Positions 9,353 through 19,116 of a stretch of DNA of 64,000 bases are shown piece after piece. The notes below the pieces were generated by a model. The model saw nothing but the letters and a program-made list of their open reading frames with translations, did no database searches and was not told where the DNA came from. The first letter of the stretch is position 1. Each line of letters opens with the position of its first letter. The position numbers were made by a program, and so were the translations under genes. This DNA is from Candidatus Bathyarchaeia archaeon (GTDB lineage: Archaea > Thermoproteota > Bathyarchaeia > 40CM-2-53-6), in contig JBEKVV010000002.1 of assembly GCA_049513715.1 (NCBI GenBank), positions 352,001-416,000 on the forward strand, given 5' to 3'.

Positions 9353-10816
9353 ATGAATAGCGATTATGACCTGATCATTGCTGGAGGCGGAATCGGTGGG
9401 ATGATAACTGCAGCCTCTGCTGCAAAGCACTCACACCAGCACCCGAAGATTCTCGTCATTGACCGGAACCCCAGGGAGGAGGCCGGCAAGAAAACGGCCA
9501 CTGGCTGGATCTGCGGCGACGCTGTCAGCAAAAACAGCGTGGACTTCCTCGCCTCGGAGATTGGAATCCAATACGGAGAGCCTGAATTGGAGCATAAGGT
9601 CCATGGTGTGGTTGCCTACTCACCCGACCACCAATCTAAAGCCATGTTCGACGGTCCGGGATTCGTTCTGAACCGTAAGGTCCTACCCCAGAGACAAATT
9701 GCAGACGCTGAGAAACTTGGCGTGGAATTCCAATTCGAAACCTATGCAGAAGCGCTTCTTGCCGAAAACGGTTCCATATGCGGCGTCGCATGCCGCTCGT
9801 CCAAGGACAATTCCAAGTTCAAACGCACAGCAAAACTTGTAGTTGATGCAACCGGCGCAGCTTCGAGGTTGAGAACTGGTCTACCGATTGCGAGCTACAT
9901 CGAGAAAGAGATCGACAAAGAGAACGACATGGAATCAACAGGACGCTACATTCTCCAGTTTGAAGCAGCCACCAAAGACGACACATTCTTCAACCCAGAC
10001 TACGCCCTCATCCACTTGGATCAAGAGATCGCACCTGGGGGATATGCCTGGGTTTTCCCCAAAGGACCAAACAAAGCGAACATTGGACTGGGTGTTCAGA
10101 AACGAATTCTCCAACAGCGAAACAAGAAAATGGGAAAGAGGGACACGCTGCAAAGCCTAATTGATGAATACGTTCGAATGAACCCTGTGTTCAAGAGTTG
10201 GAAACCATCGGAAGGCCAAGAGGATAAGGGAAATGAACGTGGGAGCTGGCAAGTCCCCGTCCGAAGGCAGAACGACTGCCTAGTAGCAAACGGCTACATG
10301 ATCGTTGGCGATGCCGCATGGATGCCCCGCCCAATTGATGCAGGCGGCATAGGGCCCGCAATACATGCCAGCGTCATCGCCGGAGCAGTAGCCGCCGAAG
10401 CCTTAGAGGCAAAAGACACGAGTGAACGCGGTCTCTGGAAATACAACACCGAATACGTTAGGACATATGGTTACCGGATGGCAAGTTCCGAGGTCCTTAG
10501 GAGGTTCCTGCAGATAATTAGCAACGAGGACCTGAATTATGGAATGAAACATTTCTTGAATCAAGATGATGTCGATAAGATCATCAAGAGAGAACACCCA
10601 GAATTCAAGAGCGTAGGTTATGGCAGCCCAATGAAAATCCTAGCAGCCTTACCGCGATTAGCTTTGGCAAGGGGGCTTCGATATACTGCCCAGAAGAGCA
10701 CGAAACTCATCGGGCACTACATGAACTACCCACAAACACCCGATGACTTTACAGAATGGCATAGACGCTTCAAGGCTGAACTGCAAGAAGCGTATACAAG
10801 ATTTTCTCTTCCGTAG
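9353..10816 (+). CDS. Geranylgeranyl reductase family (digeranylgeranylglycerophospholipid reductase-like)
   Basis: GGGIGG FAD motif, CGDAV, PGGYAWVFPKG, VGDAA..P..AGGI. Confidence 0.88.
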   Translation: MNSDYDLIIAGGGIGGMITAASAAKHSHQHPKILVIDRNPREEAGKKTATGWICGDAVSKNSVDFLASEIGIQYGEPELEHKVHGVVAYSPDHQSKAMFDGPGFVLNRKVLPQRQIADAEKLGVEFQFETYAEALLAENGSICGVACRSSKDNSKFKRTAKLVVDATGAASRLRTGLPIASYIEKEIDKENDMESTGRYILQFEAATKDDTFFNPDYALIHLDQEIAPGGYAWVFPKGPNKANIGLGVQKRILQQRNKKMGKRDTLQSLIDEYVRMNPVFKSWKPSEGQEDKGNERGSWQVPVRRQNDCLVANGYMIVGDAAWMPRPIDAGGIGPAIHASVIAGAVAAEALEAKDTSERGLWKYNTEYVRTYGYRMASSEVLRRFLQIISNEDLNYGMKHFLNQDDVDKIIKREHPEFKSVGYGSPMKILAALPRLALARGLRYTAQKSTKLIGHYMNYPQTPDDFTEWHRRFKAELQEAYTRFSLP

Positions 10817-10908
10817 TGAGATTTGCGAGCCGCCTCACGGTGGCAGCATTCACACATCAAATTCAAATAGGCCAAGGCTCGAAGCAAACTCGGAGCCAAC
10901 GAGCAGCC

Positions 10909-11295
10909 ATGCAGGAATTCCTTGCACGTGTCAACCCGAAGCAGAAGAAGATATTCACCTCATTGAGGTCTGCGCTCAATGCTTTACCTGAGGTTGAGGA
11001 GTCGATCGAAATCGATGATGTTTCAGGCGAGTGGTGCCCAGCATACAGGGTTAGAGGCACCGACTTGGCTTGGGTCCGCTTCGAGGACCAGCTGGCAGTC
11101 ACCTTTCCAGTTGAGCCCAATTTCGAGAAGAAAGTGTATCAAGATGAGAACTTGGATAGTTCCGTGGTGGATCAAATTAAGGAAGCGGAGGAATCAGGCG
11201 AGATCAAGTGGGCCTCAGTAGATATCAAGTCCACTGAGGATGTTGACAATGTATTTCCCGTATTGAAGCTAAGGCATTCGATCCTGATGGCATAG
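10909..11295 (+). CDS. Hypothetical protein (acidic, possibly YjbR/DUF5655-like fold)
   Basis: ORF continuing the operon direction; ATG at 10909 gives a natural-looking protein. Confidence 0.55.
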   Translation: MQEFLARVNPKQKKIFTSLRSALNALPEVEESIEIDDVSGEWCPAYRVRGTDLAWVRFEDQLAVTFPVEPNFEKKVYQDENLDSSVVDQIKEAEESGEIKWASVDIKSTEDVDNVFPVLKLRHSILMA

Positions 11296-11661
11296 CTCTC
11301 TCATCTGTTGGTGGTGGGAATAGGCCTTCGTTTAGTTCTTACTGCAAGACATTAACCCGCCAATAACTCCTTTCGAATAGAGCGCTCCGACCGACATCTC
11401 CGAGTCAGAGCCTATTGGTCCACGTATCTGGATATGATTGGCGCACCTACACAAACCACAACCAGACCTAGACCGGAGGGTCTACAAGCGGCAGACCACT
11501 CAAGTTGCAAGTGGTTCAGATGTGTATACTAAGAGCAAACATTGTGAAGAACTGCCGAAAATGCCAATCCTCCTACAAGACTCAATGTGGCCTACGTAGA
11601 AGGGCACCCATCAAGGCCTACTTCGACGGCAAGGACAGAAAATCGGCATAAGCTGCGTTTG

Positions 11662-12468
11662 TCAACGCGGCCGAGTTCGTTGCTCAGGGCGGGCTGTTGC
11701 AGTCGTATCTTTGGCTGCTTCAGTATCGGCCCACAGAAATTCGAAGTAGTTCTTCGCGAATTTCGCAAGCCCAATATGGTCTGACCATATCGCTAGCCCG
11801 ATAGCCTCTTCGCCCTCTTGACCCAGCAGAAGGATTACTTCGCGGCCATCTGCGATTATGCCGCCACCATACATCTGCTCTCGAGACCTCACCTCACAGA
11901 GCTTGGATAGCCTCATCATGGCGTCGCTGGGGGGTTGTTTCATCGTCATGAGCTGAACTTTCACTCCTCGTTCCACGATGCTCTTGACTAATGGAATGAG
12001 CATTTCCGCGACTTGGTCGGGGATCGTGGGGACTGCTGCGAGAATTTCTTTTTGGACACGCTGAATTGTCTCTCTAATCTTCGCGAGGACGTTGAAGTTT
12101 CCTCGCACAATCCAAATGTCAGGCCTCTCGCGGACCCCCTTCTTCTCGTAAATGGGTTGGAGTTCCTCAAGCACCAACGATTCGTTGGTCTTAAGGGCGT
12201 CCTCACGTTGCGACCTTGCAATTTCCATCGCTACGGAAGGTGGCTTTGGGTAGTACTTGCTCGGTCGACCGTGCTCCATCTCGATCCATCCTTTCTTTTC
12301 GAGTGAGCCGAGAACCTCGTAGATCTTGGAGTACGGAACGGTGGAGGCTTCACTGAGTTCACTTGCAGTGGCTGGTCCGATTTCAAGGAGTGAAGTGTAT
12401 GATCGGATTTCGTAGTCGGTCAATCCGAATTCTTGAAGCGAACGTTTGACCTTGTCGCTTATGGTCAT
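11662..12468 (-). CDS. TrmB family transcriptional regulator
   Basis: LQEFGLTDYE..Y..LL, VPYSKIYEVLGSLEKKGWI, GRPSKY. Confidence 0.92.
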   Translation of the reverse strand: MTISDKVKRSLQEFGLTDYEIRSYTSLLEIGPATASELSEASTVPYSKIYEVLGSLEKKGWIEMEHGRPSKYYPKPPSVAMEIARSQREDALKTNESLVLEELQPIYEKKGVRERPDIWIVRGNFNVLAKIRETIQRVQKEILAAVPTIPDQVAEMLIPLVKSIVERGVKVQLMTMKQPPSDAMMRLSKLCEVRSREQMYGGGIIADGREVILLLGQEGEEAIGLAIWSDHIGLAKFAKNYFEFLWADTEAAKDTTATARPEQRTRPR

Positions 12469-12553
12469 GAGTGTCCGGGTCCTAGTTTTCGGAGAACTGG
12501 AGACTGTTGCGAGCTATGAAATATAAGATTTCACAACTGGGAGTGGTTAAAGG

Positions 12554-13000
12554 CTAGTGGTGCGCTTCCGTGGAAACCCAATATGCATTCCTAGTTGTGA
12601 ACTCCTTTTTCCAGATTGGAACTTCCTTCTTCACTCTTTCCACCGTCTCCGACAGAGCAGGGAACACATCTTGGCGGTGTTTTCCCAACACCGCGACGAA
12701 CAGGCTTGGTTCACCCACCTTCACCGCGTCGATGACGTGATGAATAGCCAACTCAATAATGCCTGGCCGTTCGAGCATAGCCCGCCTAATCTCCTCCATG
12801 CGCTTCAGGGCAACCTCCTCATACGCCTCGTATTCGAGATGCGTGACCTTGGCATCCGTTCCATGCACTGGGTCTTCCCGTACCACACCGACAAAACTCG
12901 CAACCGCCCCGCCCTCATGATACCTAGGGAGCCGAGTGAAATTGTTTAGAATCTGCTGGAGGTCAATTTCCCCTTTCCTGTGAAGCCCAATCGCTTCCAA
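12554..13000 (-). CDS. moaE: Molybdopterin synthase catalytic subunit
   Basis: GAVASFVGVVR, LEYEAY, KHRQ..F, VKKEVPIWKKE; TTG start at 13000 inferred. Confidence 0.92.
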   Translation of the reverse strand: MEAIGLHRKGEIDLQQILNNFTRLPRYHEGGAVASFVGVVREDPVHGTDAKVTHLEYEAYEEVALKRMEEIRRAMLERPGIIELAIHHVIDAVKVGEPSLFVAVLGKHRQDVFPALSETVERVKKEVPIWKKEFTTRNAYWVSTEAHH

Positions 13001-13080
13001 ACAGCAGCACCTTAAGTCAGGATTCAGCCGACCATGCATGAAAACTAAGCGCCAAAACGATGATGCGGACGCAGGTCCGG

Positions 13081-13320
13081 CTAACCTGTGGGTTTAGTTT
13101 CGGCCTTCATCTTCTCCAAGTGCTGCCCTTCAGTGTCGAACTTCGTTCCGATGATTTGGACTTGGTAGATGGTTTTAGGGGCGTTGCAGAATTCGCACGG
13201 TGGGCCGAAGCCGTCCGGGTTGGGTGAGGTTCTGAGCCAGAGCTGGTTGACTCCGGCGTAAGTCAAGTCAAGCTTGACCTTGTCTTTGGCACAATCCTCG
13301 CAAAGGTAGAAAGGCATCAT
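13081..13320 (-). CDS. Small Zn-binding hypothetical protein
   Basis: CEDC and CEFC pairs in a 79-aa ORF. Confidence 0.6.
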   Translation of the reverse strand: MMPFYLCEDCAKDKVKLDLTYAGVNQLWLRTSPNPDGFGPPCEFCNAPKTIYQVQIIGTKFDTEGQHLEKMKAETKPTG

Positions 13321-13701
13321 TCACACGGTTTCGGTTAGTGGTTTGAGAGAATATTAACACTGCTGTGAACTGTTGACCATACTCGGTCTGAGCTTGAAGA
13401 AACGGTTCGGGCTTCGAGAAGACGAATCGCCGAGCGGTGGCTCTATGGGTTGCAGTCGGGTGCGGGGTTTATGGGCGTTAGGCGACTCGGGGTAAATGCC
13501 TTCTCAACATTGGGTGTTCAGGTTAACTCTGATTCCCTCATCGTCGCACCACAACAATGCCTCGGCTGTTTGTTTAAGCGTTCTCTGAGCTGAGATCCTA
13601 GCTTAGTTATCTCAGGAGTGAGAGATTGACTGTCCCAACTACGCGTAGGAAATTGTGAGAAATTCCACTTGGATTCTAACCATCTTAAATAGAATCGTGC
13701 T

Positions 13702-15420
13702 GTGAATATGCGCGAACAGTCATCAGGGGTCAGGGTTGGTTTGAGACATTCAAAGACGCTATTCCTATTATGGGTCATGCTTGCGGGAATCATGTTCTAT
13801 GTCGTGCCGAGTGTTCACGGAGCTGTCTCGGTTTCCATCACACCAGGATCGCAAGTGATGTCGCAGTTCGGTGCATCGACTTTCACGATCAGCCTGCCTG
13901 GCGCGGTTTATGCCGGGTCACCTTACGCTCTTGCGATTTCTGGTTTGGGAGCATCTTTTCCATTCTCTCCCAACCCTGTTTCACCTCCCGCCACGAGCGT
14001 CTTGACAGTAGATTTGAGCAGTTTCTTTGCGTGTCCGGGAACCTACCCGTTCACAGTGACGGCTGCAAACGCCACTGGGCACGGCTCGGGGACTTTTCCA
14101 GACGCTGGAACTGGGACTGCCAGTTTTACCGTCATCCCGTATGGGCCGCCGTTGCAAGTAACCGTTACGACGGACAAGTCATCGTACCGTATCGGGGATA
14201 CTGTCACTATCCTGATTTCGGCCAATAGGCCTGCAGAAGGCCAACTAATGGTTCAAGGACCCTCAGGGACACCTGTCGTGGCCAGCTACAACATGGGGTA
14301 CGGCTACGGTGTCGGACCCTCGTACACTGTCCAGAAGACACTTGTGGTCAATACCGTCGGAAGATACACGGCCACATTCCAAGCCGACGATTTCTGCTCC
14401 GTGTCCGCCAGCCAAACCGCCTACTTTGATGTCACGCCCAATACCTTCGACGTATCCATCTCCCTGTCTGGTGTCCCGCCGGACGTTTCGGCTCCAGTAA
14501 AAGTTGACAACTCTTCGCAAGGCACCGTAGGCGGCTCTGAAATCAAGAAGCTCACCTTCCCCATAGACACGAGCCACCAGATTGCTGTCGACCAATATGT
14601 TCCGGGACAGACTGGGGTTAGATACTTTGCGGCACAAAACACATGGAGCATTAGTGCGACGGGCAGTCACACATTCGACTACGAGACTCAATACCTCTTC
14701 ACGGTCAAAACGGACCCTGACGGCGTAGCCCAAGTCACTGGGGGCGACTGGTTCAAGGAGGGTTCCTCTGCGCAGACAGGCCCAGCACCCCAAACCGTTC
14801 AGGGCTCTGCTGGAACTCAGTACATCTTCAAGGATTGGGAAGTGGATGGGGTGCCGCAATCTGGAAACCCGATCACGCTCACCCTCGATAAACAACACAC
14901 AGCTGTGGCCAAGTACGTAGTCCAGTACCAACTCATTGTCGACTCGCCTGGAGGGCAAGGGAACCCGCAAGGTTCGGGCTTCTACGACACGGGGTCAACA
15001 GCACAATTCTCCGTAACCTCACCTGTCGGGTTCTTAGTCCAACAGGTTTTCGTGAAGTGGGACGGGGATTATACAGGCACTTCCCCACAAGGCTCCGTTG
15101 TGATGGACAATTCGAAAATCGTGCACGCGGTGTGGGCCACGAGCTACTTCCAACTTGAAATTGTTGCGATAGCTCTCGTCGCAATTGCAGTGGTCGCAGC
15201 ATTGCTGCTCATGAAACGCCGGCGAGAAGGCCCTCCACCGGCTGTGAAACCAACGCCGCCGATGCCTGGAGAACCCGGAGCTGAGACCGGCGAACCGGCG
15301 CCGGCTCTGCCTGGTGAAAGCCTGAAGTGCAGTGAATGCGGGGCCGACGTCCCAAGCGGGCAGACTTTCTGCCACAATTGCGGCGCACCCATGGGACCGC
15401 CCAGCGAGCACCAAACTTAA
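13702..15420 (+). CDS. Secreted/membrane-anchored Ig-like repeat protein with cytoplasmic zinc ribbon
   Basis: Signal-like N-terminus, TDKSSYRIGD (MG2-like) and beta-rich repeats, C-terminal TM, Pro-rich linker, CSECG..FCHNCG. Confidence 0.8.
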   Translation: MNMREQSSGVRVGLRHSKTLFLLWVMLAGIMFYVVPSVHGAVSVSITPGSQVMSQFGASTFTISLPGAVYAGSPYALAISGLGASFPFSPNPVSPPATSVLTVDLSSFFACPGTYPFTVTAANATGHGSGTFPDAGTGTASFTVIPYGPPLQVTVTTDKSSYRIGDTVTILISANRPAEGQLMVQGPSGTPVVASYNMGYGYGVGPSYTVQKTLVVNTVGRYTATFQADDFCSVSASQTAYFDVTPNTFDVSISLSGVPPDVSAPVKVDNSSQGTVGGSEIKKLTFPIDTSHQIAVDQYVPGQTGVRYFAAQNTWSISATGSHTFDYETQYLFTVKTDPDGVAQVTGGDWFKEGSSAQTGPAPQTVQGSAGTQYIFKDWEVDGVPQSGNPITLTLDKQHTAVAKYVVQYQLIVDSPGGQGNPQGSGFYDTGSTAQFSVTSPVGFLVQQVFVKWDGDYTGTSPQGSVVMDNSKIVHAVWATSYFQLEIVAIALVAIAVVAALLLMKRRREGPPPAVKPTPPMPGEPGAETGEPAPALPGESLKCSECGADVPSGQTFCHNCGAPMGPPSEHQT

Positions 15421-15453
15421 GCACCCTAACGCAACCTCAACGACAGAAACGTC

Positions 15454-16530
15454 TTGGCCTCGCTAGCAGTGCCCTTGCAGCCTTCGCCTGAGTCAAGCAA
15501 ACTCTTCTTCGTGCTCTCCGGCGAGCATGCATCGCTTCCCGCGGCTGAGGTCCAAGCTATTCTCGACTCCTCGGGGGCACCCTGCTCCGAAGTCCTGCAG
15601 AGCTACCGGCTGCTGACATTGCAGGCTTCCTCAGAAGTGCTTAAGCAAATCTCCGACAGGAGCTTGATGTATGATTGGTGCGGCGTTGAACTTGGAAGAT
15701 GCGAAGCTGACGAATCTGAGATTCGAAAACTGGTCAAAAGCCTTCCCCTGGAAGGCGTCGCCAAGAACGCCTCAAGCTATGCGGTTCGGTCAATGCGACT
15801 TGGAGGCGTGACCAAATCAATCCCACGCACAAAACTGGAGAGAGATATTGGGGGAATTGTGAAAGATGAAGTTCCGCGGTTGAGGGTGAAGCTTCGCGGC
15901 CCAGACCTCACCTTTGCATGTGTTCTGTTCGATGACTTATTCCTTTTTGGTGCCGAAGGATTTTGGAAAGCCTCAGGCCTGATTGCCCCGCGGAGGCCAA
16001 GGAAGCGGCCCGTGTTTCATCCTTCGACTATGCCGCCCAAGATCGCCCGTTGCATGGTCAACTTGGCCCGTGCAATTCCTGGAGAAACATTCGCAGACCC
16101 ATTTTCAGGTGTCGGCGGAATAGTGATCGAGGCGGCGGTGATAGGCTGCGAAACCGTAGCGGTTGACGCAAGTTACCGAATGCTACGCGGAGCCAAAAGG
16201 AACACGACGCACTTTGGCCTCGATGTGAAGGGGTTTGTCCACGCAGATGCAAGACACTTACCGCTTCATGGTTTGGATGCCGTGGCCACCGACCCCCCCT
16301 ACGGGCGGGGGTCATCAACCATGGGCGCCAAAGTTGCAGACTTGGTTGAAGATTTTCTCAACAACGCAAGGGATGCATTGAGAAGCAAGGCGCACGTATG
16401 CATTTCCTCACCCGTTGAGGTGGACATCGAATCCTATGCCCGCTCGGCTGGGCTCAAAGTGAAAGAGAAGCATCTAGCCAAAGTCCACCGCAGCTTGACG
16501 AGGCAGTTTGTCGTTCTCCAAAACCCATGA
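15454..16530 (+). CDS. trm11: tRNA (guanine(10)-N2)-methyltransferase, THUMP + MTase (Trm11/TrmG10)
   Basis: LSGEH..LP N-terminus, HPSTMPPKIARCMVNL, DPFSGVGG, TDPPYGR. Confidence 0.88.
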   Translation: MASLAVPLQPSPESSKLFFVLSGEHASLPAAEVQAILDSSGAPCSEVLQSYRLLTLQASSEVLKQISDRSLMYDWCGVELGRCEADESEIRKLVKSLPLEGVAKNASSYAVRSMRLGGVTKSIPRTKLERDIGGIVKDEVPRLRVKLRGPDLTFACVLFDDLFLFGAEGFWKASGLIAPRRPRKRPVFHPSTMPPKIARCMVNLARAIPGETFADPFSGVGGIVIEAAVIGCETVAVDASYRMLRGAKRNTTHFGLDVKGFVHADARHLPLHGLDAVATDPPYGRGSSTMGAKVADLVEDFLNNARDALRSKAHVCISSPVEVDIESYARSAGLKVKEKHLAKVHRSLTRQFVVLQNP

Positions 16531-16546
16531 CGGGAGGCTGACTTGA

Positions 16547-17455
16547 ATGCCGGTTTCTGTCATACTTCTCGGAACGGGAGGGAGCGTGCCGAGCAAGTTC
16601 CGGAACCTTCCCAGCGTTCTGGTAAAGAGAGGTCCGGAGCTCCTTCTGTTCGATTGTGGCGAAGGAACGCAACGGCAATTCATGCAAGCCAAAGCGGGTA
16701 CGAACCGGAAGATGCGCATTTTCGTCAGCCACATGCACGGAGACCACGTCTTCGGCCTCCCCGGCCTACTTCACTCGCTCTCCTTTATGGGGCGAAGACG
16801 CGAACTGGAGATAATTGGTCCAAAGGGAATCTCACAATTCATCAAATCAGTAAACAGGGCCGTGAGGCTATACGCAGAATTTCCTTTGCGGGTTAGAGAA
16901 GTAGGTTCAGGACGAGTAGTGAACGAGCCCGAATACGAGGTTAGGGTAGCGCCAGCGAAACATGGCATCGAATGTTTAGCGTACAGCTTTCAAGAGAAAC
17001 CAAAGCCAGGAAGGTTCAACCCAGCTAAGGCAAAACGTCTCGGTGTCCCTGAGGGGCCACTCTGGAAAAAACTCCAGAGCGGCAAAACCGTACGAATCGG
17101 ACATCGAAAGATCCAATCTCAATTAGTGGTCGGACCGCCTAGGCCTGGGGTGAAGGTCACCTATGCCGTAGACACGCGGCCCTGCGAGTCGGTGGTAAGG
17201 CTAGCTGCTCAGTCTGATTTGCTCATCCATGACAGTTCATTTGAGGAAGCGGCGTCCCAGAAGGCGCTGGAGTACGGACATTCGACTGCCCGCGAGGCTG
17301 CCACAGTAGCCAAACGAAGCAGGGCGCGCAAGCTTGTTCTTTTTCACATTAGCGCGATGTACGAAGACGCCACACCCTTGCTAACCCAAGCTAGGAAAAT
17401 CTTCCCCAACACAATTCTAGGCCAGGATATGGTTGTAGTTCAAGTTGAATCTTGA
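16547..17455 (+). CDS. rnz: Ribonuclease Z
   Basis: LGTGGSVP, FDCGEGTQ, SHMHGDH, exosite GVPEGP, HST, HIS motifs. Confidence 0.95.
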   Translation: MPVSVILLGTGGSVPSKFRNLPSVLVKRGPELLLFDCGEGTQRQFMQAKAGTNRKMRIFVSHMHGDHVFGLPGLLHSLSFMGRRRELEIIGPKGISQFIKSVNRAVRLYAEFPLRVREVGSGRVVNEPEYEVRVAPAKHGIECLAYSFQEKPKPGRFNPAKAKRLGVPEGPLWKKLQSGKTVRIGHRKIQSQLVVGPPRPGVKVTYAVDTRPCESVVRLAAQSDLLIHDSSFEEAASQKALEYGHSTAREAATVAKRSRARKLVLFHISAMYEDATPLLTQARKIFPNTILGQDMVVVQVES

Positions 17456-17874
17456 AATCTGATGTACCCCGGCTCGCCTAGCCTAGACGCCAAATAATCT
17501 ATGATCATTTGTGGGTTCGGGGCTTCTATCTCGATGGAAATCGGGCCCAACGGGGACTCGCCGACAGGTCCGCAGAAAGAAACCCGCCCAACGAAAGCTG
17601 CCTGTTTGTTCAAGTAGAACCGCATGGTTGGGCCTCTAGCTGCACCGAGGAGAATGGATCTAGCTGCGCTCCGAATCCTCTCTTGCCTAATTAGGTTCCG
17701 AAGGCTCGCCAAGAAGTCCAGTCCGCTTCCGAGGACCTTGAGGGTCGCTGTTCCATCGTTCTTTTGGTTTCTCTGGATCGGGGCTGAGGGGAAGATATTG
17801 AGTAGTGCGCGTTCGACCTTTGCGGGGTCCTCGGTGGGTTTGACGATCGATTGAGCGGTGACTTTCATGCTCAT
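17440..17874 (-). CDS. UPF0201/DUF54 RNA-binding family protein
   Basis: PTED..KV..AL.NIFP, FYLNKQAAFVGRVSF, SPLGPI. Confidence 0.85.
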   Translation of the reverse strand: MSMKVTAQSIVKPTEDPAKVERALLNIFPSAPIQRNQKNDGTATLKVLGSGLDFLASLRNLIRQERIRSAARSILLGAARGPTMRFYLNKQAAFVGRVSFCGPVGESPLGPISIEIEAPNPQMIIDYLASRLGEPGYIRFQDST

Positions 17875-18425
17875 TTTGCGTTCAACTTGGCAAGCGCTTC
17901 TTTGAAGGCAGATTGGAGCTGAGTGATTGTGCCCTCGTTAACCAGCACGATGTCGGCTAGGGCGATTACATGCCCCAAACCAACGTCGAGCTCGCGTATG
18001 TCACGTTCGTAGAAAGTCTCCCAGTTCTTTGGGTCATCGCTTCTGTTTCGTGAGAGTAACCGTTGAAATCTAGTCTTTGGGGAGGCATGGAGTGCAACCG
18101 TTACAACCTCGTATGCCCTGTGCAACTCAACAAGTTCATGAAGGCTCCTCACGCCTTCCACCACAACATTGGCCGAGCGACAATTCTCGATTTTGGGTAG
18201 CAGCCTCTTCGCAACTACAGCCGGGCCTTCCTTCGCCCTAACCTCAAGCATTACAGCGCCCACGTTCTGTGGCGTGGGTTCGAGGCCCCTGCGCTCCGTT
18301 TCCTCCCGAATCACATCGCCCAGCACGAGAACATCAAAGCCGAGTAGTTTTGCAGCTTGGGCCGCGATTCCTTTGCCGGCTCCCGGCATACCTGAAAGTG
18401 CGATTACTCTTTTCTTCGAGTTCAT
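17871..18425 (-). CDS. UPF0200 nucleoside monophosphate kinase-like P-loop protein
   Basis: GMPGAGKG P-loop, GDVIREE, EGVRS..E, R.RSDD, RD.REL. Confidence 0.85.
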   Translation of the reverse strand: MNSKKRVIALSGMPGAGKGIAAQAAKLLGFDVLVLGDVIREETERRGLEPTPQNVGAVMLEVRAKEGPAVVAKRLLPKIENCRSANVVVEGVRSLHELVELHRAYEVVTVALHASPKTRFQRLLSRNRSDDPKNWETFYERDIRELDVGLGHVIALADIVLVNEGTITQLQSAFKEALAKLNAK

Positions 18426-18507
18426 GAGCCGGCTTGCGCCTCTGAGTTCCCTAAGTGGTTGATGGGTTGTGAACTGTTAAATTACCTCATTCAATATTAG
18501 CCTTCAG

Positions 18508-19092
18508 ATGGGTAATCATTTGTCGCAAGACCGCATTCGAAGCTTCGTCGCAGTCGACCTAGATGACAGAATTTTACGGGACAAAATCGTCACCGCCCAA
18601 AAGGGTTTAGAGCAAACCGGCGCACAGTTGAAACTCGTCAACCCAGAGATAATGCATTTGACCTTACGTTTTCTCGGAGAAATCCCCGCATCAACTGTGG
18701 AGCACATCAAGGAGGCAATGAGCAGTCTCCACTTTCCAAGCTTCGACGTGGATTTTCAAGGGCTGGGCGCATTTCCAAACATGAAGAGGATAAACGTCGT
18801 CTGGGTTGGCATGAAGCAAGGCCACGAACAACTGGAGGAGATCTTTCGGCAACTGGAGCCCAAACTGAGGCAACTTGGCTTACCAGGAGACGACAAAGGT
18901 TTCAGCCCGCACCTAACCATTGCCCGCGTTCGGTCAGGGTTGAATCTCGGCCCCCTTGCCGACTACGTATCGAGCATGGAAAAACAGGAATTTGGGATAA
19001 TGAAGGTGAATTCGGTCAGGCTCAAAAAGAGCACGTTAACACCGAAAGGGCCCATCTACGAAACCATCCACGAAGGTCCCTCATCATCCTAG
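18508..19092 (+). CDS. thpR: RNA 2',3'-cyclic phosphodiesterase (2H family)
   Basis: Two HxT motifs (MHLTLRFLGE, SPHLTIAR), KSTLTPKGPIY. Confidence 0.93.
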   Translation: MGNHLSQDRIRSFVAVDLDDRILRDKIVTAQKGLEQTGAQLKLVNPEIMHLTLRFLGEIPASTVEHIKEAMSSLHFPSFDVDFQGLGAFPNMKRINVVWVGMKQGHEQLEEIFRQLEPKLRQLGLPGDDKGFSPHLTIARVRSGLNLGPLADYVSSMEKQEFGIMKVNSVRLKKSTLTPKGPIYETIHEGPSSS

Positions 19093-19116
19093 TGCCCTCT
19101 CTATGAGTGCCCCTCC

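Noticed and set aside
11296..11661. Unassigned intergenic region as ncRNA or small ORF
   Set aside because: No convincing C/D boxes, stable structure or recognisable peptide by eye.
7482..13048. Exact 15-mer ATGCATGAAAACTAA at 7482-7496 and 13034-13048
   Set aside because: A few exact 15-mer matches are expected by chance in 64 kb, and the contexts differ.
13662..13675. ORB-like TTCCACTTGGA (similar TCCAGTTGGAA near 62765)
   Set aside because: Isolated single copies far from cdc6, with no G-string or AT-rich unwinding element.
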